54,064 bases of DNA from Polyangiaceae bacterium (GCA_044222475.1 JBGANF010000045.1:1-54064), one strand, 5' to 3'. Counted from the first letter of the stretch, positions 1 through 9,503 are shown. Notes: generated by a model from the sequence alone, not told the origin. Translations and numbers: made by a program.

Positions 1-228
1 AACATCCCCGGCCCGCCGGTGCCGCTCACCATGGCGGGCCGGAGACTCGAGCAGATCCTGGTGTGGGCGCCGACGTCGGGCCACGTCGCGGTCGGAGTCA
101 CGTTGCTGAGCTACGCGGGCTCCGTGCGGATGAGCATCGCCGCCGACGTCGCGTTGGTCCCCGATCCGGAGCGCGTCGTGGCCGGGTTCGAGCGGGACAT
201 GGACGCGCTGCTCGGTCGCTCGGGCTAG
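1..228 (+). CDS. Wax ester synthase/diacylglycerol acyltransferase (WS/DGAT) C-terminal part, truncated by window start
   Basis: Frame 1 from base 1 reads NIPGPPVPLTMAGRRLEQI...VGVTLLSYAGSVRMSIAADVALVPDP, matching the N(V/I)PGP...SY.G....G..AD....PD pattern of the WS/DGAT C-terminal domain; TAG at 226-228. Confidence 0.85.
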   Translation, partial: NIPGPPVPLTMAGRRLEQILVWAPTSGHVAVGVTLLSYAGSVRMSIAADVALVPDPERVVAGFERDMDALLGRSG

Positions 229-986
229 GGCCGAGCCCGGCGATCCCAGAGGGCGAGCGGCACCGCTCCGACGATCGCACCCGCGACCAGGCCGCTCGCG
301 ACGAAGAACGCCGTGTGGCCCCAGACGTACAGCCGCCCCGCGTCGAAGTACCAGTCGGGGTGGCGCAGGGCCGGCAACGACTGGCGCACCCCGGCAGCGA
401 CGCCGAGCAGCATGCACGAAACCAGCACGCCGGCCCCTCGGCGGGGCGCCACCGGTTCGTGTGCATGTTGCAAAGAAATGCGCCACAACGCCCAGAGCGT
501 GACGAACGCGAGGACGACCGACGCGACGAGCTGTACGACCGCCGGCGTCGACGCGGCGAAACCTCCTACGTGGAACGTGTGCGACGGAAGCCACCGCGGG
601 ATCACCTCGTGGGTGAGCGCGTCGAGCAACAGGTGCGAGAACGAGCCGGTGAGCGCGCTCGCCCCCGCGCGAAGGAGACCGCCGCTCGCCTTCACGTCGG
701 TCGCGGCGCCGCTCAGCCAGCGCAGCCGGGGGAATCGCGCCGCGAAGACCTCACCGAGGCCGAGGTGCCCTACGAGCAAGACCACGAACAACGAGACCGG
801 CAAGCAGAACAGCAGTTGCGCGGTCGCGATGTGTCCGAAGTTGGCGGCGCGCCCGCCGCGATCGAGGAAGTACTCGAAGTCGGGGGCGACGCTGCCGACC
901 ACCAGGGCCGTGCCGTTGAACGCCGCCGGGCGCCAGAGCTTGAGCGGTAGGACCGGCGCTTGATGGGCGAGGAGCGGAAGCGGCAC
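225..986 (-). CDS. DUF4184 family membrane protein
   Basis: MPLPLLAHQAPVLPL...ALVVGSVAPDFEYF N-terminus, SHLLLDALTH motif, several TM segments. Confidence 0.8.
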   Translation of the reverse strand: MPLPLLAHQAPVLPLKLWRPAAFNGTALVVGSVAPDFEYFLDRGGRAANFGHIATAQLLFCLPVSLFVVLLVGHLGLGEVFAARFPRLRWLSGAATDVKASGGLLRAGASALTGSFSHLLLDALTHEVIPRWLPSHTFHVGGFAASTPAVVQLVASVVLAFVTLWALWRISLQHAHEPVAPRRGAGVLVSCMLLGVAAGVRQSLPALRHPDWYFDAGRLYVWGHTAFFVASGLVAGAIVGAVPLALWDRRARP

Positions 987-1004
987 GGCCTTGGTCCGCG
1001 CCGC

Positions 1005-4000
1005 TCACACCGGGTCGCGACGGCGGAGGAGCACGAGGAGGATGACCATCATCAGCAAGGTCATCGCGTAGAGGACGCCCCACGGCAACCCGGTCACGTC
1101 CCAGTGATCGAAGCCCCACGCACCAGACAGCGAATCGCTCTGGACCTGGGCGACGGCGCACTGGAACTGCCCGGCGGTGATGAAGTCGGGTGCGCTGTTG
1201 AGCCCAGGGTTGTGGAGATCGATGAGCCACGCGGGGGCGTTTCGGATCGCGTAGCGCTCCTGCGCGATGGCGCCCTCGAAGCCCCAGCGCGCCGGCATGA
1301 TGTACATGAGCGGCTTGAGCATCGGGTTCGTCGTCATCGGGACCATCAGGCCGCCGAGGACGATCTGGGGGATGAGCGCGATCGGCGTGAGCGCCATCGC
1401 CGCTTCGGCCGACGCGACGACGGTCGAGAGGAGCAGGCCGAGCGCCGTCGCGTTCATCGCGACCGCGATCATCGAAACGAGCTCGAGCGCGAACGCCGGG
1501 AACCCGCCCTCGAAGCCGAGGGTGAAGAACACGATCCCGAGGAGCAGCGTGCACTGGAGCACGCAGACGAGGCTCAGGATGATGTACTTCGACATCACGT
1601 AGTTGAAGAGCGACAGGTTGACCATGCGCTCGCGCAGGTAGATCGCTCGCTCGGTCACGATCTCGCGCGCGGCGTTGCTCGTGCCGAACCAGACGCACGA
1701 GACGACGACGAAGAACATCGCCGCGGTGTGGTCGGTCGTCGGTTGCATCTGCGCGAGGAGGTCTTTGCTCCCGCTCGTCGTGTCGGGTGCTTTGCGCGAC
1801 AGCTCCTGGAGCGCACCGAGGCACCAGAACGGGATCGCCGCCTTCTGCCCGCCGAAGACGAAGGCGAGCATGATGCCGATGACCGGCGCTTGGAGGAACA
1901 TGATCGCGGCACCCGCGCGATCGCGCAGCTTCACCTTCAAGTACCGCGACATGAGGAGCGAGAGCTGCCGCAAGAGAGGCGTGCTCTGGCGGTGAGGCGT
2001 CCCGCGCGTGGCGGCCTCGGTGCCGACGGCGCGACGGCCGGAGTACATCTGGCCGAAGATCGGGTTCGCGTTCTGGAAGAACTCGCCGCGCCACTGCCGC
2101 GCCGCTTCGAGACGCGCCGTGCCGCGCGGCGTATTCGGGTCGTGGCGCTTCATCTCGTCGTGAGTGAACCGCTCGCGGACCTGGAGCATGTCGAACATGT
2201 CGCGCGGGTTGTCGATCCGCTGCGCGGTGCCCTGATAGCCGGCGCGGTAGGGACTGCCCGGGCGCTCGATGATCTGGCCGAAGAAGCGGTACGCCTGCTC
2301 GCCCGACGGGCCGAAGTAGGTCGGGATGCCGCCGTAGCCCATGATGAACGCGAGGTTGAACTTCTCGAACTCGTCCTTCGCCGGCTGGTGGATCGTCATG
2401 ATGATCGTCTTGCCGGTCTTCTTGGTGAGATCCGCGAGCAAGCTGATCAGGGCAGTCGTGTCGTCGGCGGCGAGACCGCTGGTCGGCTCGTCGAGGAAGA
2501 CGATGACCGGATCGGTCACGAGCTCGAGCGCGATGTTGACGCGCTTGCGCTGGCCGCCGGAGAGGACCTTCTTCTCGGGCTTGCCGATCTGGAGGTTCAT
2601 GACGGCTTCGAGACCGAGCGACTTGAGCGTCTCCTCGACGCGGCGGTCGATCTCTTCCTCGGAGTAGTCGGGCGGGAGGCGGAACTGGGCCGAGTATTTC
2701 ACCGCCTCGAAGACGGTGAGCTCCGGGTGGACGATGTCGTCCTGGGGGACGTAGCCGATCGACCCGCGGAGCGCGTCGTAGATGGCGTAGAGGTCTTCGC
2801 CGTTGATGCGGACCTGCCCGCTCGTCGGCGGGAGGTACCCGTTGAGGGTCATGAGGAGGGTCGTCTTGCCGGCGCCGCTGGGCCCCATGAGCGCGATCAT
2901 GTCGCCGGGGAGAGCCTTGAACGACACGTGGTCGAGCAGGGTCTTCATCGACCCCTTGTTGTCCCTATCTGGTACTTCGAGGAAGAGGTCCCACGCCTCG
3001 ATCTCGTACGTCGGCTTGCCGGCCCACGAGGCTTGGTCCTCGACGACGACGTTGACCTGCTGCCCCGCGATGTTGACGAGGAGCGGCATCGGGCCGATGT
3101 AGACCTTCTCGCCGTTGGCAATCGGGACCTTCTGGCCGGGAGCGATGCGTTGGCCGCGAACGAACGTGCCGTTCGCCGAGCGGAGGTCCTCGAGGAAGAG
3201 CTGGCCGGCTTGCTGGACGATCTGTGCGTGCCGCGACGAGACCTGCGCGTGAGGAACGACGATCTTGTTGTCGGGCGTGCGGCCGATGGTGATGACGCTG
3301 CTCTGGAGGGCGCTGAGATCGAGCTCGCCGATGACGGTGCGGTGCTTGCGCGGTCCGGCGCCCGGATCGCCGGCCGGAGGAGGCGCGGCGGCGGGCGGAG
3401 CGCCGACGGGAGCCCCGGGCGGGGGCGCGGCGGCGGCGACTGCGGCGGCGACCGCGGTTCCGGGAGGCTGCGCGAGCCGATGCGGCATCACCGGCGGCCC
3501 GCTCTGCACCGTGCCGCCGGCGGCGACCGCGGTCGCCCACTGGGCGAGCAGCGACACCGGCACCGGCACCGGACCGAACGCGACGACGCCGTTCGGATCG
3601 AGCGGTACGGGTTGGTTCTGCGGGATGGGTTGGCCCCCGAGGTACGTCCCGCTGGTGGAGCCGTTGTCCTGGACCATCATGCGGTCGAGCATGACGGTGG
3701 CGTGCTGCGAGCTCACCGCGGCGTGCGCCAGCACGAGCGAAGCGCGCGTGGGTTCGCGGCCGATGACGAGCGTGCCACGAGGGACGTTCGCGAGCGTGCC
3801 GACGCTCATCACCATCGTCACGATGGCGGGGTGCGCGAGGGGGACCGTGACCTGGCCGAGGGCGAAGACGGTGCGAAAGTCGAACGGGACCGGCTGCTGA
3901 GGGGCGACGGGCGCGCCGTTCGCGAACGTCGGGCCGACGCCGAGATCGACGAGGAAGAGCGCTCCGTTCTGCTTCAGGATGCGCGCGTGGTGGGGCGCGA

Positions 4001-4079
4001 TGCCGGGCCCCTGCAGGACGACGTCGGCGTCCGGTGCACTCCCCAACGTAATTTGCTCGCGGCCAACGCCCGGAATCAT
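1005..4079 (-). CDS. FHA-domain ABC transporter (3 FHA + ABCG-type ATPase + permease; Rv1747-like)
   Basis: Three FHA-like repeats (LGS..D...IAPHHA; IGR..VSSQHA..DNGSTSGTY; IGRTPDN..VSSRHA..DLRSANGTF), Walker A GPSGAGKT, signature LSGGQRKR, Walker B FLDEPTSG, IHQP, C-terminal ABC2 membrane domain. Confidence 0.92.
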   Translation of the reverse strand: MIPGVGREQITLGSAPDADVVLQGPGIAPHHARILKQNGALFLVDLGVGPTFANGAPVAPQQPVPFDFRTVFALGQVTVPLAHPAIVTMVMSVGTLANVPRGTLVIGREPTRASLVLAHAAVSSQHATVMLDRMMVQDNGSTSGTYLGGQPIPQNQPVPLDPNGVVAFGPVPVPVSLLAQWATAVAAGGTVQSGPPVMPHRLAQPPGTAVAAAVAAAAPPPGAPVGAPPAAAPPPAGDPGAGPRKHRTVIGELDLSALQSSVITIGRTPDNKIVVPHAQVSSRHAQIVQQAGQLFLEDLRSANGTFVRGQRIAPGQKVPIANGEKVYIGPMPLLVNIAGQQVNVVVEDQASWAGKPTYEIEAWDLFLEVPDRDNKGSMKTLLDHVSFKALPGDMIALMGPSGAGKTTLLMTLNGYLPPTSGQVRINGEDLYAIYDALRGSIGYVPQDDIVHPELTVFEAVKYSAQFRLPPDYSEEEIDRRVEETLKSLGLEAVMNLQIGKPEKKVLSGGQRKRVNIALELVTDPVIVFLDEPTSGLAADDTTALISLLADLTKKTGKTIIMTIHQPAKDEFEKFNLAFIMGYGGIPTYFGPSGEQAYRFFGQIIERPGSPYRAGYQGTAQRIDNPRDMFDMLQVRERFTHDEMKRHDPNTPRGTARLEAARQWRGEFFQNANPIFGQMYSGRRAVGTEAATRGTPHRQSTPLLRQLSLLMSRYLKVKLRDRAGAAIMFLQAPVIGIMLAFVFGGQKAAIPFWCLGALQELSRKAPDTTSGSKDLLAQMQPTTDHTAAMFFVVVSCVWFGTSNAAREIVTERAIYLRERMVNLSLFNYVMSKYIILSLVCVLQCTLLLGIVFFTLGFEGGFPAFALELVSMIAVAMNATALGLLLSTVVASAEAAMALTPIALIPQIVLGGLMVPMTTNPMLKPLMYIMPARWGFEGAIAQERYAIRNAPAWLIDLHNPGLNSAPDFITAGQFQCAVAQVQSDSLSGAWGFDHWDVTGLPWGVLYAMTLLMMVILLVLLRRRDPV

Positions 4080-4143
4080 GGAAACGGAGATTTAGCGCGT
4101 TTCGAGCCTTCTCGATGCACCAAAGTCACGGCAGGAAGAGAAG

Positions 4144-4254
4144 AACCGCAAGGACGAGGAGACGCAAGGACACAAGGAAACGAAGAGGGGTCTGCACCGA
4201 GAGCCAGCCCACTCTCCTCTCCTTGCGTCCTTGCGTCTTCTCGTCCTTGCGGTT
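4144..4254. repeat. Intergenic long inverted repeat (35-bp arms, 2 mismatches, 41-nt spacer) built from ~9-bp GACGCAAG(G)-like units
   Basis: 4144-4178 AACCGCAAGGACGAGGAGACGCAAGGACACAAGGA versus reverse complement of 4220-4254 AACCGCAAGGACGAGAAGACGCAAGGACGCAAGGA. Confidence 0.9.
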
Positions 4255-4280
4255 TCTCTCCAAATCGAGTGCCGAAATGC

Positions 4281-4315
4281 AAAAAGGGACGACACGCCTT
4301 CGCGCATCGTCCCTT
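4281..4315 (-). terminator. Rho-independent terminator after the 4343-5653 gene
   Basis: Minus strand AAGGGACGATGCGC-GAAG-GCGTGTCGTCCCTT: 14-bp stem with G-U pairs running into a U5 tract, ~28 nt after the stop codon. Confidence 0.8.
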
Positions 4316-4342
4316 CTTGGGACAGAGTCGAGAAACGTCAGC

Positions 4343-5653
4343 TCACTTGCCGACGCTCGCTCCGCCACCAGCGCTGGCGCCGCCGCCCGCGCTCGCTCCG
4401 CCACCGCCGCCCGACGACGCCGACGCCGAGGCGCTGACGCTGACCGACACGTTGACGTTCGCCTTCATGCTGCCCGCCGCATCGAGCGCGCCCTTGAAGG
4501 GAGCTCCGACGCACGCGGTGAGCTGCGCACCGAGCGCCGCCGAGCTGCCGGCCACGGCCTGGACCGCCGCCTGCGCGCCTTCGACGACGGCCTTGACCGC
4601 CTCGGCGAGGTTCTTCACGCGGTCGGCCATGCCGATCGCGACCTTGAGGATGCCCGGGAGACCGTGCTCGATCGCGGTCTTGAGCTTGCCCATCATCGCG
4701 ACATCGGGTCCGCCCTCGATGCGAACGATGACGTGCGCCGGGGTGCACTCCGCCTTCGCGCTGACGCTCGCGTCGCACTTGGCGTTGCAGTCCGCGCTGA
4801 CCTTCGGCGGGGTGACCTTGCCGGTGCACTTCGGCGCCTTCATCTCGACGGAGCAGCCGCCGGTGCAGGTGCCCTTGCACTCGGCCTTCGCCTTGAGCTG
4901 GCACGAGCCGCTGCAGCTACCCGAGCAGGAGCCCTTGATCTGCGCGTCGCACTTGCCTTCGCAGGTGCCGGCGCAGGAGCCCTTGAAGGCCTTGCCGTCG
5001 CACTTGCCGTCGCAGCCACCGCTGCACGACCCGCTCATCTGCGCGTCGCACTTGCCGGAGCAGGAGCCTTCGCACTTGGCGCCGGCATCCACGTCGCAGC
5101 TGCCTTCGCACTGCGCCGAACACTGACCCTGGAGCTTGCCGGGCTCGCACTCGGCCTTGACGCTACCCGGGGTCGCGCTGACGTCGCACTTGGCGGCGCA
5201 GTCGGCCTGGGCGTTGACGTCGACCGAGCACTTCGGCGGCGCCGCGTCGACGGTGAGCTTCAGCTTGGAGCCGAGCTTCGCCTTGACGTCGGTGATCGCC
5301 TTCGCGGCGGCGTTGCACGCCTCTTCCCCGGTGCTGAAGCTGCTGCTTCCGCCGAGGTCGGTCACGATCTGGCCACACGCGGTCTTCAGGTCGTTGTCGA
5401 TCGCGGTCGCGACTTCCTGGAGTTGAACCGCAGCGGCGACGCCAGCCTTGAGCTGCGCATCGACCTTGCCGTCCACCTTGTAGTTGCCCGCCCAGTCGAA
5501 CGAGCTGATTGCCCCAACGTCGGTCATCGACGGACAGGCTGCCGTGCCGGGGAGGTTCCCCACGCCCGGAATGTTCCCGCCACAGTTCATGATCGCTACG
5601 AGGCCGCCGCCCACGATCGCGGTCGTCACGGCCTTCTTGATCCAGCTAGTCAT
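4343..5653 (-). CDS. Cys-rich myxobacterial lipoprotein with tandem GxCxGxC repeats
   Basis: Signal peptide ending AIMN-C; many CEGSC/CSGKC/CDGKC repeats; helical Ala-rich C-terminal region and GGGASA x3 tail; GGAG RBS-like motif upstream. Confidence 0.8.
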   Translation of the reverse strand: MTSWIKKAVTTAIVGGGLVAIMNCGGNIPGVGNLPGTAACPSMTDVGAISSFDWAGNYKVDGKVDAQLKAGVAAAVQLQEVATAIDNDLKTACGQIVTDLGGSSSFSTGEEACNAAAKAITDVKAKLGSKLKLTVDAAPPKCSVDVNAQADCAAKCDVSATPGSVKAECEPGKLQGQCSAQCEGSCDVDAGAKCEGSCSGKCDAQMSGSCSGGCDGKCDGKAFKGSCAGTCEGKCDAQIKGSCSGSCSGSCQLKAKAECKGTCTGGCSVEMKAPKCTGKVTPPKVSADCNAKCDASVSAKAECTPAHVIVRIEGGPDVAMMGKLKTAIEHGLPGILKVAIGMADRVKNLAEAVKAVVEGAQAAVQAVAGSSAALGAQLTACVGAPFKGALDAAGSMKANVNVSVSVSASASASSGGGGGASAGGGASAGGGASVGK

Positions 5654-5719
5654 GCTTATCTCCCTCGGGGAGGGGTCTTACCAAAGCTCGCCCTGGCAAC
5701 GAAGCGATTTCGCCCGACC

Positions 5720-6751
5720 TCAAGGACGGCGAAGGGACCCAACCGAGCGTGGGGACTCGGAAAATTCGCGCATCGGACGGGCGGACGAGGGGGGTGCCGA
5801 GTCGACCTCCTCGAGAGCGGCCTCCAGGGCGGGCTCGTCGGCGGACGCAGCCGCATTCAGGGCGATTCGCAGCCTCGGCTGGGTCACGGCGGAGCTGACG
5901 ACTCGAAGCCGGGCTTTGGCCTCGGTTCCGGTGATCGCCAGGGCGACCGCAGCGGCGGCGCGGTCGGTGGGCCGAGCGACGGCGCTCTCGACGACCCCCC
6001 ACAGGACCTCCTCCTCTACTGGGGCGTCCCGATGGGTGACCATGCCGCTGCCGACGGCGCGAAGCCGATCGATCCATTGGCGTGCGGTCGCGCTCGGCGG
6101 GCGGAGGAGCGGCGCCACGATCGGCGCGGTTCGAAGGCGCGCGGCGTCGAGGGCCTCGCGGACGCGCTCGGCGACGATTTCGGCGTCGTCCGACTCGGCG
6201 AGGTAGACGTGAACGTCGTCTTGGTCGCGCAGGTCGATTCGGACCTCGTGCCATGAGCCCCCCTTCTGCTCGCAGGTGACGTCCGCGATGGCGTCGAGCG
6301 GAACGACGCGCGAGAAGCGAAGCCAGCGGATCGCGACCCCATCGAGATCGATGGTCCCCCGCACCGGCATCCGGAGCACGAGGAACGTGATCGCGCTGAG
6401 GAGGAGCCAGCCGAGCATCACGTAGTGGAGCGGTGCGGCGAAGAAGAACCGGATCACCCAGATCAGCGGGCTGAAGATCACGAAGCCGCCGAGGACGTTG
6501 CCGAGGCGCACCGGCGACTCGGCGACGAAGCGCCATGGGCGGTCGGCGACGGCATGGCCGAGGTGAGCGACGGCGCGACGCGCGGTCTCGACGTCGGGGA
6601 CGATCACGTTCCGATCGTCTTTGCCGCGACGGCGCACGCGGACGACGGAGAAGCCGGCGTCGGTCGCGTGAGGGATGACCGAGGCGTCGACGACGTCGGC
6701 GCGGGCGATTTCACCCTTTTCGTCCTCGATGCCGCGTTCGGTGAGCTTCAC
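5720..6751 (-). CDS. Uncharacterised membrane protein (2 TM, helical C-terminal domain); paralog of 9504-10751
   Basis: Two TM helices, shared PTDRAAAAVALA motif; upstream TTGACC-17 nt-CACGCT promoter-like element. Confidence 0.7.
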   Translation of the reverse strand: MKLTERGIEDEKGEIARADVVDASVIPHATDAGFSVVRVRRRGKDDRNVIVPDVETARRAVAHLGHAVADRPWRFVAESPVRLGNVLGGFVIFSPLIWVIRFFFAAPLHYVMLGWLLLSAITFLVLRMPVRGTIDLDGVAIRWLRFSRVVPLDAIADVTCEQKGGSWHEVRIDLRDQDDVHVYLAESDDAEIVAERVREALDAARLRTAPIVAPLLRPPSATARQWIDRLRAVGSGMVTHRDAPVEEEVLWGVVESAVARPTDRAAAAVALAITGTEAKARLRVVSSAVTQPRLRIALNAAASADEPALEAALEEVDSAPPSSARPMREFSESPRSVGSLRRP

Positions 6752-6807
6752 TGCAGGAAAGCGTGGAGGGCCGGGGCGCGGTGGTCAAGCGCGGCGGCAG
6801 GCGCCCC

Positions 6808-7419
6808 TCACGCCGGGGTGCCGAACACCAGCGTCAGATTGTTAGCCGGCATCCCAACCGTCTCGCGGTGGGTGAACCCGCGTTTCTCGGCCTCGGCGAT
6901 CACCGTCTCCAGATCGCGCACGCCCCAGCGCGCGTCGCGGGACCGCAGGCTCGCGTCGAAGGCCTCGTTCGATGGCGCGGTGTGCGCTCCGCCGACGCGG
7001 TACGGGCCATACAGGACGAGGAGCCCTCCCGCGGCGAGAACGGCGCGGGCCCCATCGAGGAGCCCGAGGCAGGCGCTCCACGGCGCGATGTGGATCATGT
7101 TCGCGCAGAAGACCACGTCGATCGAAGCCGGCGGGAACGGCCAGGGCTTCGCCTCGACGTCGAGCGCCTTCGCGGGGAGCATCTTCGTGGCGCCCGCGTG
7201 CGTGGCCCACGCGTCGATCCCGGCGCGCGCGCCGTCGTCGAAGTCCGTCGGCTGCCAGCTCGCGACCGGGAGCTCCCGCGAGAAGTAGGCGGCGTGCTCG
7301 CCGCTGCCGGACGCGATCTCGAGGACGCGCGCATCCGCGGGCACGACCCGCCGCAGCACGGCGAGGATCGGATCGCGATTGCGCTCGGTCGCCGGAGCGA
7401 ACCGCCGAGGATCGCTCAC
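6808..7419 (-). CDS. DUF938 family SAM-dependent methyltransferase
   Basis: APATERNRDPIL, VLEIASGSGEH, WQPTD, ANMIHIAPW, LYGPY, SNEAFDASL, WGVRD, MPANN; GTG start overlaps the upstream stop. Confidence 0.93.
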   Translation of the reverse strand: MSDPRRFAPATERNRDPILAVLRRVVPADARVLEIASGSGEHAAYFSRELPVASWQPTDFDDGARAGIDAWATHAGATKMLPAKALDVEAKPWPFPPASIDVVFCANMIHIAPWSACLGLLDGARAVLAAGGLLVLYGPYRVGGAHTAPSNEAFDASLRSRDARWGVRDLETVIAEAEKRGFTHRETVGMPANNLTLVFGTPA

Positions 7420-8117
7420 GGCGCCTGCACGGCGCGCTTGGTGATCTCGCCGGCGCCGTTGGCCCACGAGGCGACGACGTCGACGGCGTCGCTCGCCTCG
7501 TCGTCGTAGCAGCTGAACCGCACCGCCGACGTACCTTCCCAGCGAACGCCGTCGCGTTGTCCCATGATGGTACAAGGAGTCGCGGCCGACATCGCCGGTC
7601 GCCCGGTCGCGAGGTCGACGACGTCGAGCTTTCCCGGGCCGAAGCAGGCGGCGTAGCGGCGATCGGGGGAGACGTCGGCCCCCGTGTCGAACCCGGCGCA
7701 GTCGTAGGCGCCGAGGCTCCGCCCCGACCAGTCCCGCACCTCGAGCATCGCGCACGCGGTGCCGCAGCCGGCCACTTGGACGATGGCGTCGGTCGCCGAG
7801 AAGAGGAACGTCCCGCCGAAGCCGGGGCGATAGCTCGCGGTCACCTTCGCCTGCGCGAGGTCGACGACGTACGCCGTGCGCGACTGATGAGGGGCGAGCT
7901 GCGCATACAGGAACGCGTGCTTCCCGCTGGGCGACACGATGAGCCTCTCGACGCTCGCCGACGGGGGCAGCGCCATCACCGCGCGATCGGCGACGACCAC
8001 GCTGCGTGCGCTGCCGTTCTTGCCGACGATCCGCACCCGAGGTGCATCGGCGGCGGCGTCACGAACGAGGAGGGCGAGAGCAGCGACCGAGATCAGGGAA
8101 GCGATGCGGCGGACCAT
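7416..8117 (-). CDS. Secreted hypothetical protein, partial beta-propeller-like
   Basis: Signal peptide MVRRIASLISVAALALLVRDAAA; VSPSGKH and VSPDRRY blade-like motifs; TACGAT 7 nt before ATG. Confidence 0.65.
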   Translation of the reverse strand: MVRRIASLISVAALALLVRDAAADAPRVRIVGKNGSARSVVVADRAVMALPPSASVERLIVSPSGKHAFLYAQLAPHQSRTAYVVDLAQAKVTASYRPGFGGTFLFSATDAIVQVAGCGTACAMLEVRDWSGRSLGAYDCAGFDTGADVSPDRRYAACFGPGKLDVVDLATGRPAMSAATPCTIMGQRDGVRWEGTSAVRFSCYDDEASDAVDVVASWANGAGEITKRAVQAP

Positions 8118-8177
8118 GAGCGCGATCGTACGGAGCCCGCCGTGGGGCGGCCAAATTCGTGGGCTAGACTGCGCCGG

Positions 8178-8741
8178 GTGAAAGGGATCGACGGGTTCTT
8201 CTCCGAGGACGAGGGGCGCTGGTACCGGCGGTTCGCCGCGGCCGTTCGCGGAGGCGTGTTCGTCGAGGTCGGCTCGTGGCGCGGCCGGAGCACGTCGTTC
8301 GTCGGGCCCATCTGCAACGCGAACGGAACCCGGCTCGTGTGCGTCGATCACTGGGGCGGCTCGCGCGACTCGCTCGCCGAGCGCTACGCGCGCGAGCTCG
8401 CCGAAGAAGACGTCGAGGCGACGTTTCGCGCGAACATGCGGGAGCTGGGGATCCAGGTCGAGGTGATGCGCGAGCGATCGGTCGTCGCGGCGACGCGCTT
8501 TGCGCCCGGCAGTGTCGATCGGGTGTTTCTCGACGGAAGCCACGACGCGACCAGCGTCTCCGAGGATCTCGCGGCGTGGATGCCGACGTTGAAGGCCGAT
8601 GGTCTCCTCGGGGGACACGACTACTCGGTGGAGAAGCACCCTGCCCTCTGCGCCGCGGTCGACGCGTTCGCGCGAGAGCGCGCGCTCGTCGTGCGCCGGG
8701 GACCCCGCGCGATCTTCTGGCTCGAGCGCGCTCAGGGGTAG
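8178..8741 (+). CDS. Class I SAM-dependent methyltransferase (Methyltransf_24-like)
   Basis: VEVGSWRGRST, CVDHW, VFLDGSH, GLLGGHDY motifs; GTG start with TAGACT 7 nt upstream. Confidence 0.88.
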   Translation: MKGIDGFFSEDEGRWYRRFAAAVRGGVFVEVGSWRGRSTSFVGPICNANGTRLVCVDHWGGSRDSLAERYARELAEEDVEATFRANMRELGIQVEVMRERSVVAATRFAPGSVDRVFLDGSHDATSVSEDLAAWMPTLKADGLLGGHDYSVEKHPALCAAVDAFARERALVVRRGPRAIFWLERAQG

Positions 8742-9400
8742 ATGCAGGTGTCAGTGGCCTTCTTCGTCGTCGACTCGAGCGTCGACACTGCGCCGTCCAC
8801 CGTGACCTGCATGCGCCGCTCGCGGCGATCGCTGCACTTGCCGTCGCCGTCGCCGAGAAACACTTCCCAGCCGCCGTTCGCCACCGCGCGCGCTTGAGCC
8901 TGACTGCAATCCATGCCGCTCGGATCGGTCGTCGAGTAGACCGCCAGGAGCACGGCTTCGGCCGCTCCGTCGACCGGCGCGATGGCGGCGCGCAGCGCCT
9001 CGAGCGTCTCGATCACGGTGACGACGCCGCCCTTCTCCGTCACGAAGAACTGTTGGGTGACGTTGCAGCCTGCGCCGCCGCAGCGTTGGGTGGACCACGC
9101 GGCGGTCTTCGCGGTCGCGCTCGCCAGCGCGGCTTTGCACGCCACCGCGTCGGGCGCCGACGCACACGGGGTGCCGACGCTCGACGTCACCTGCGGCGTC
9201 GGCGTACCGCCGCCGAGGTCCGACTTCATGAGGAGCGCGACGTACGTACCGGGCACCGCGGGGACGACGCCCGCGAGGGGTGACCAGGCGTTCCCCGAGC
9301 AGACGTTCGTCGTGTAGACGGTGCGATCGATGCCGCCGCTCGAGCCGCAGGCGAGGAGAGCGGTGGCCAGCGCGGCGACGAAGGAAGCGACTCTCGACAT
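8732..9400 (-). CDS. Cys-containing lipoprotein (hypothetical)
   Basis: MSRVASFVAALATALLA-C lipobox; paired Cys; APVDGAAEAVLLA motif. Confidence 0.7.
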   Translation of the reverse strand: MSRVASFVAALATALLACGSSGGIDRTVYTTNVCSGNAWSPLAGVVPAVPGTYVALLMKSDLGGGTPTPQVTSSVGTPCASAPDAVACKAALASATAKTAAWSTQRCGGAGCNVTQQFFVTEKGGVVTVIETLEALRAAIAPVDGAAEAVLLAVYSTTDPSGMDCSQAQARAVANGGWEVFLGDGDGKCSDRRERRMQVTVDGAVSTLESTTKKATDTCIYP

Positions 9401-9413
9401 GGTGCCCCGAGCC

Positions 9414-9430
9414 ATGCAGGCCCCATGCCG
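9414..9430 (-). promoter_or_regulatory. Possible sigma54 (-24/-12) promoter
   Basis: Minus strand CGGCATGGGGCCTGCAT (GG-N10-GC) just upstream of ATG 9400. Confidence 0.35.
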
Positions 9431-9503
9431 CGTGTGAGTGCGAGGATTTCGCCGATTTGTGCCGCGCCACCGCTGCGTTGGCGCAACGAATCGGATCGGA
9501 AGA

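Noticed and set aside
960..5126. Very long alternative-frame ORFs (e.g. 960-5126 +, 10703-13234 +, 44829-46892 -, and the N-terminal part of 47364-51518 +)
   Set aside because: Shadow ORFs typical of high-GC DNA; they overlap well-supported genes and have Arg/Ala/Gly-rich, motif-free translations
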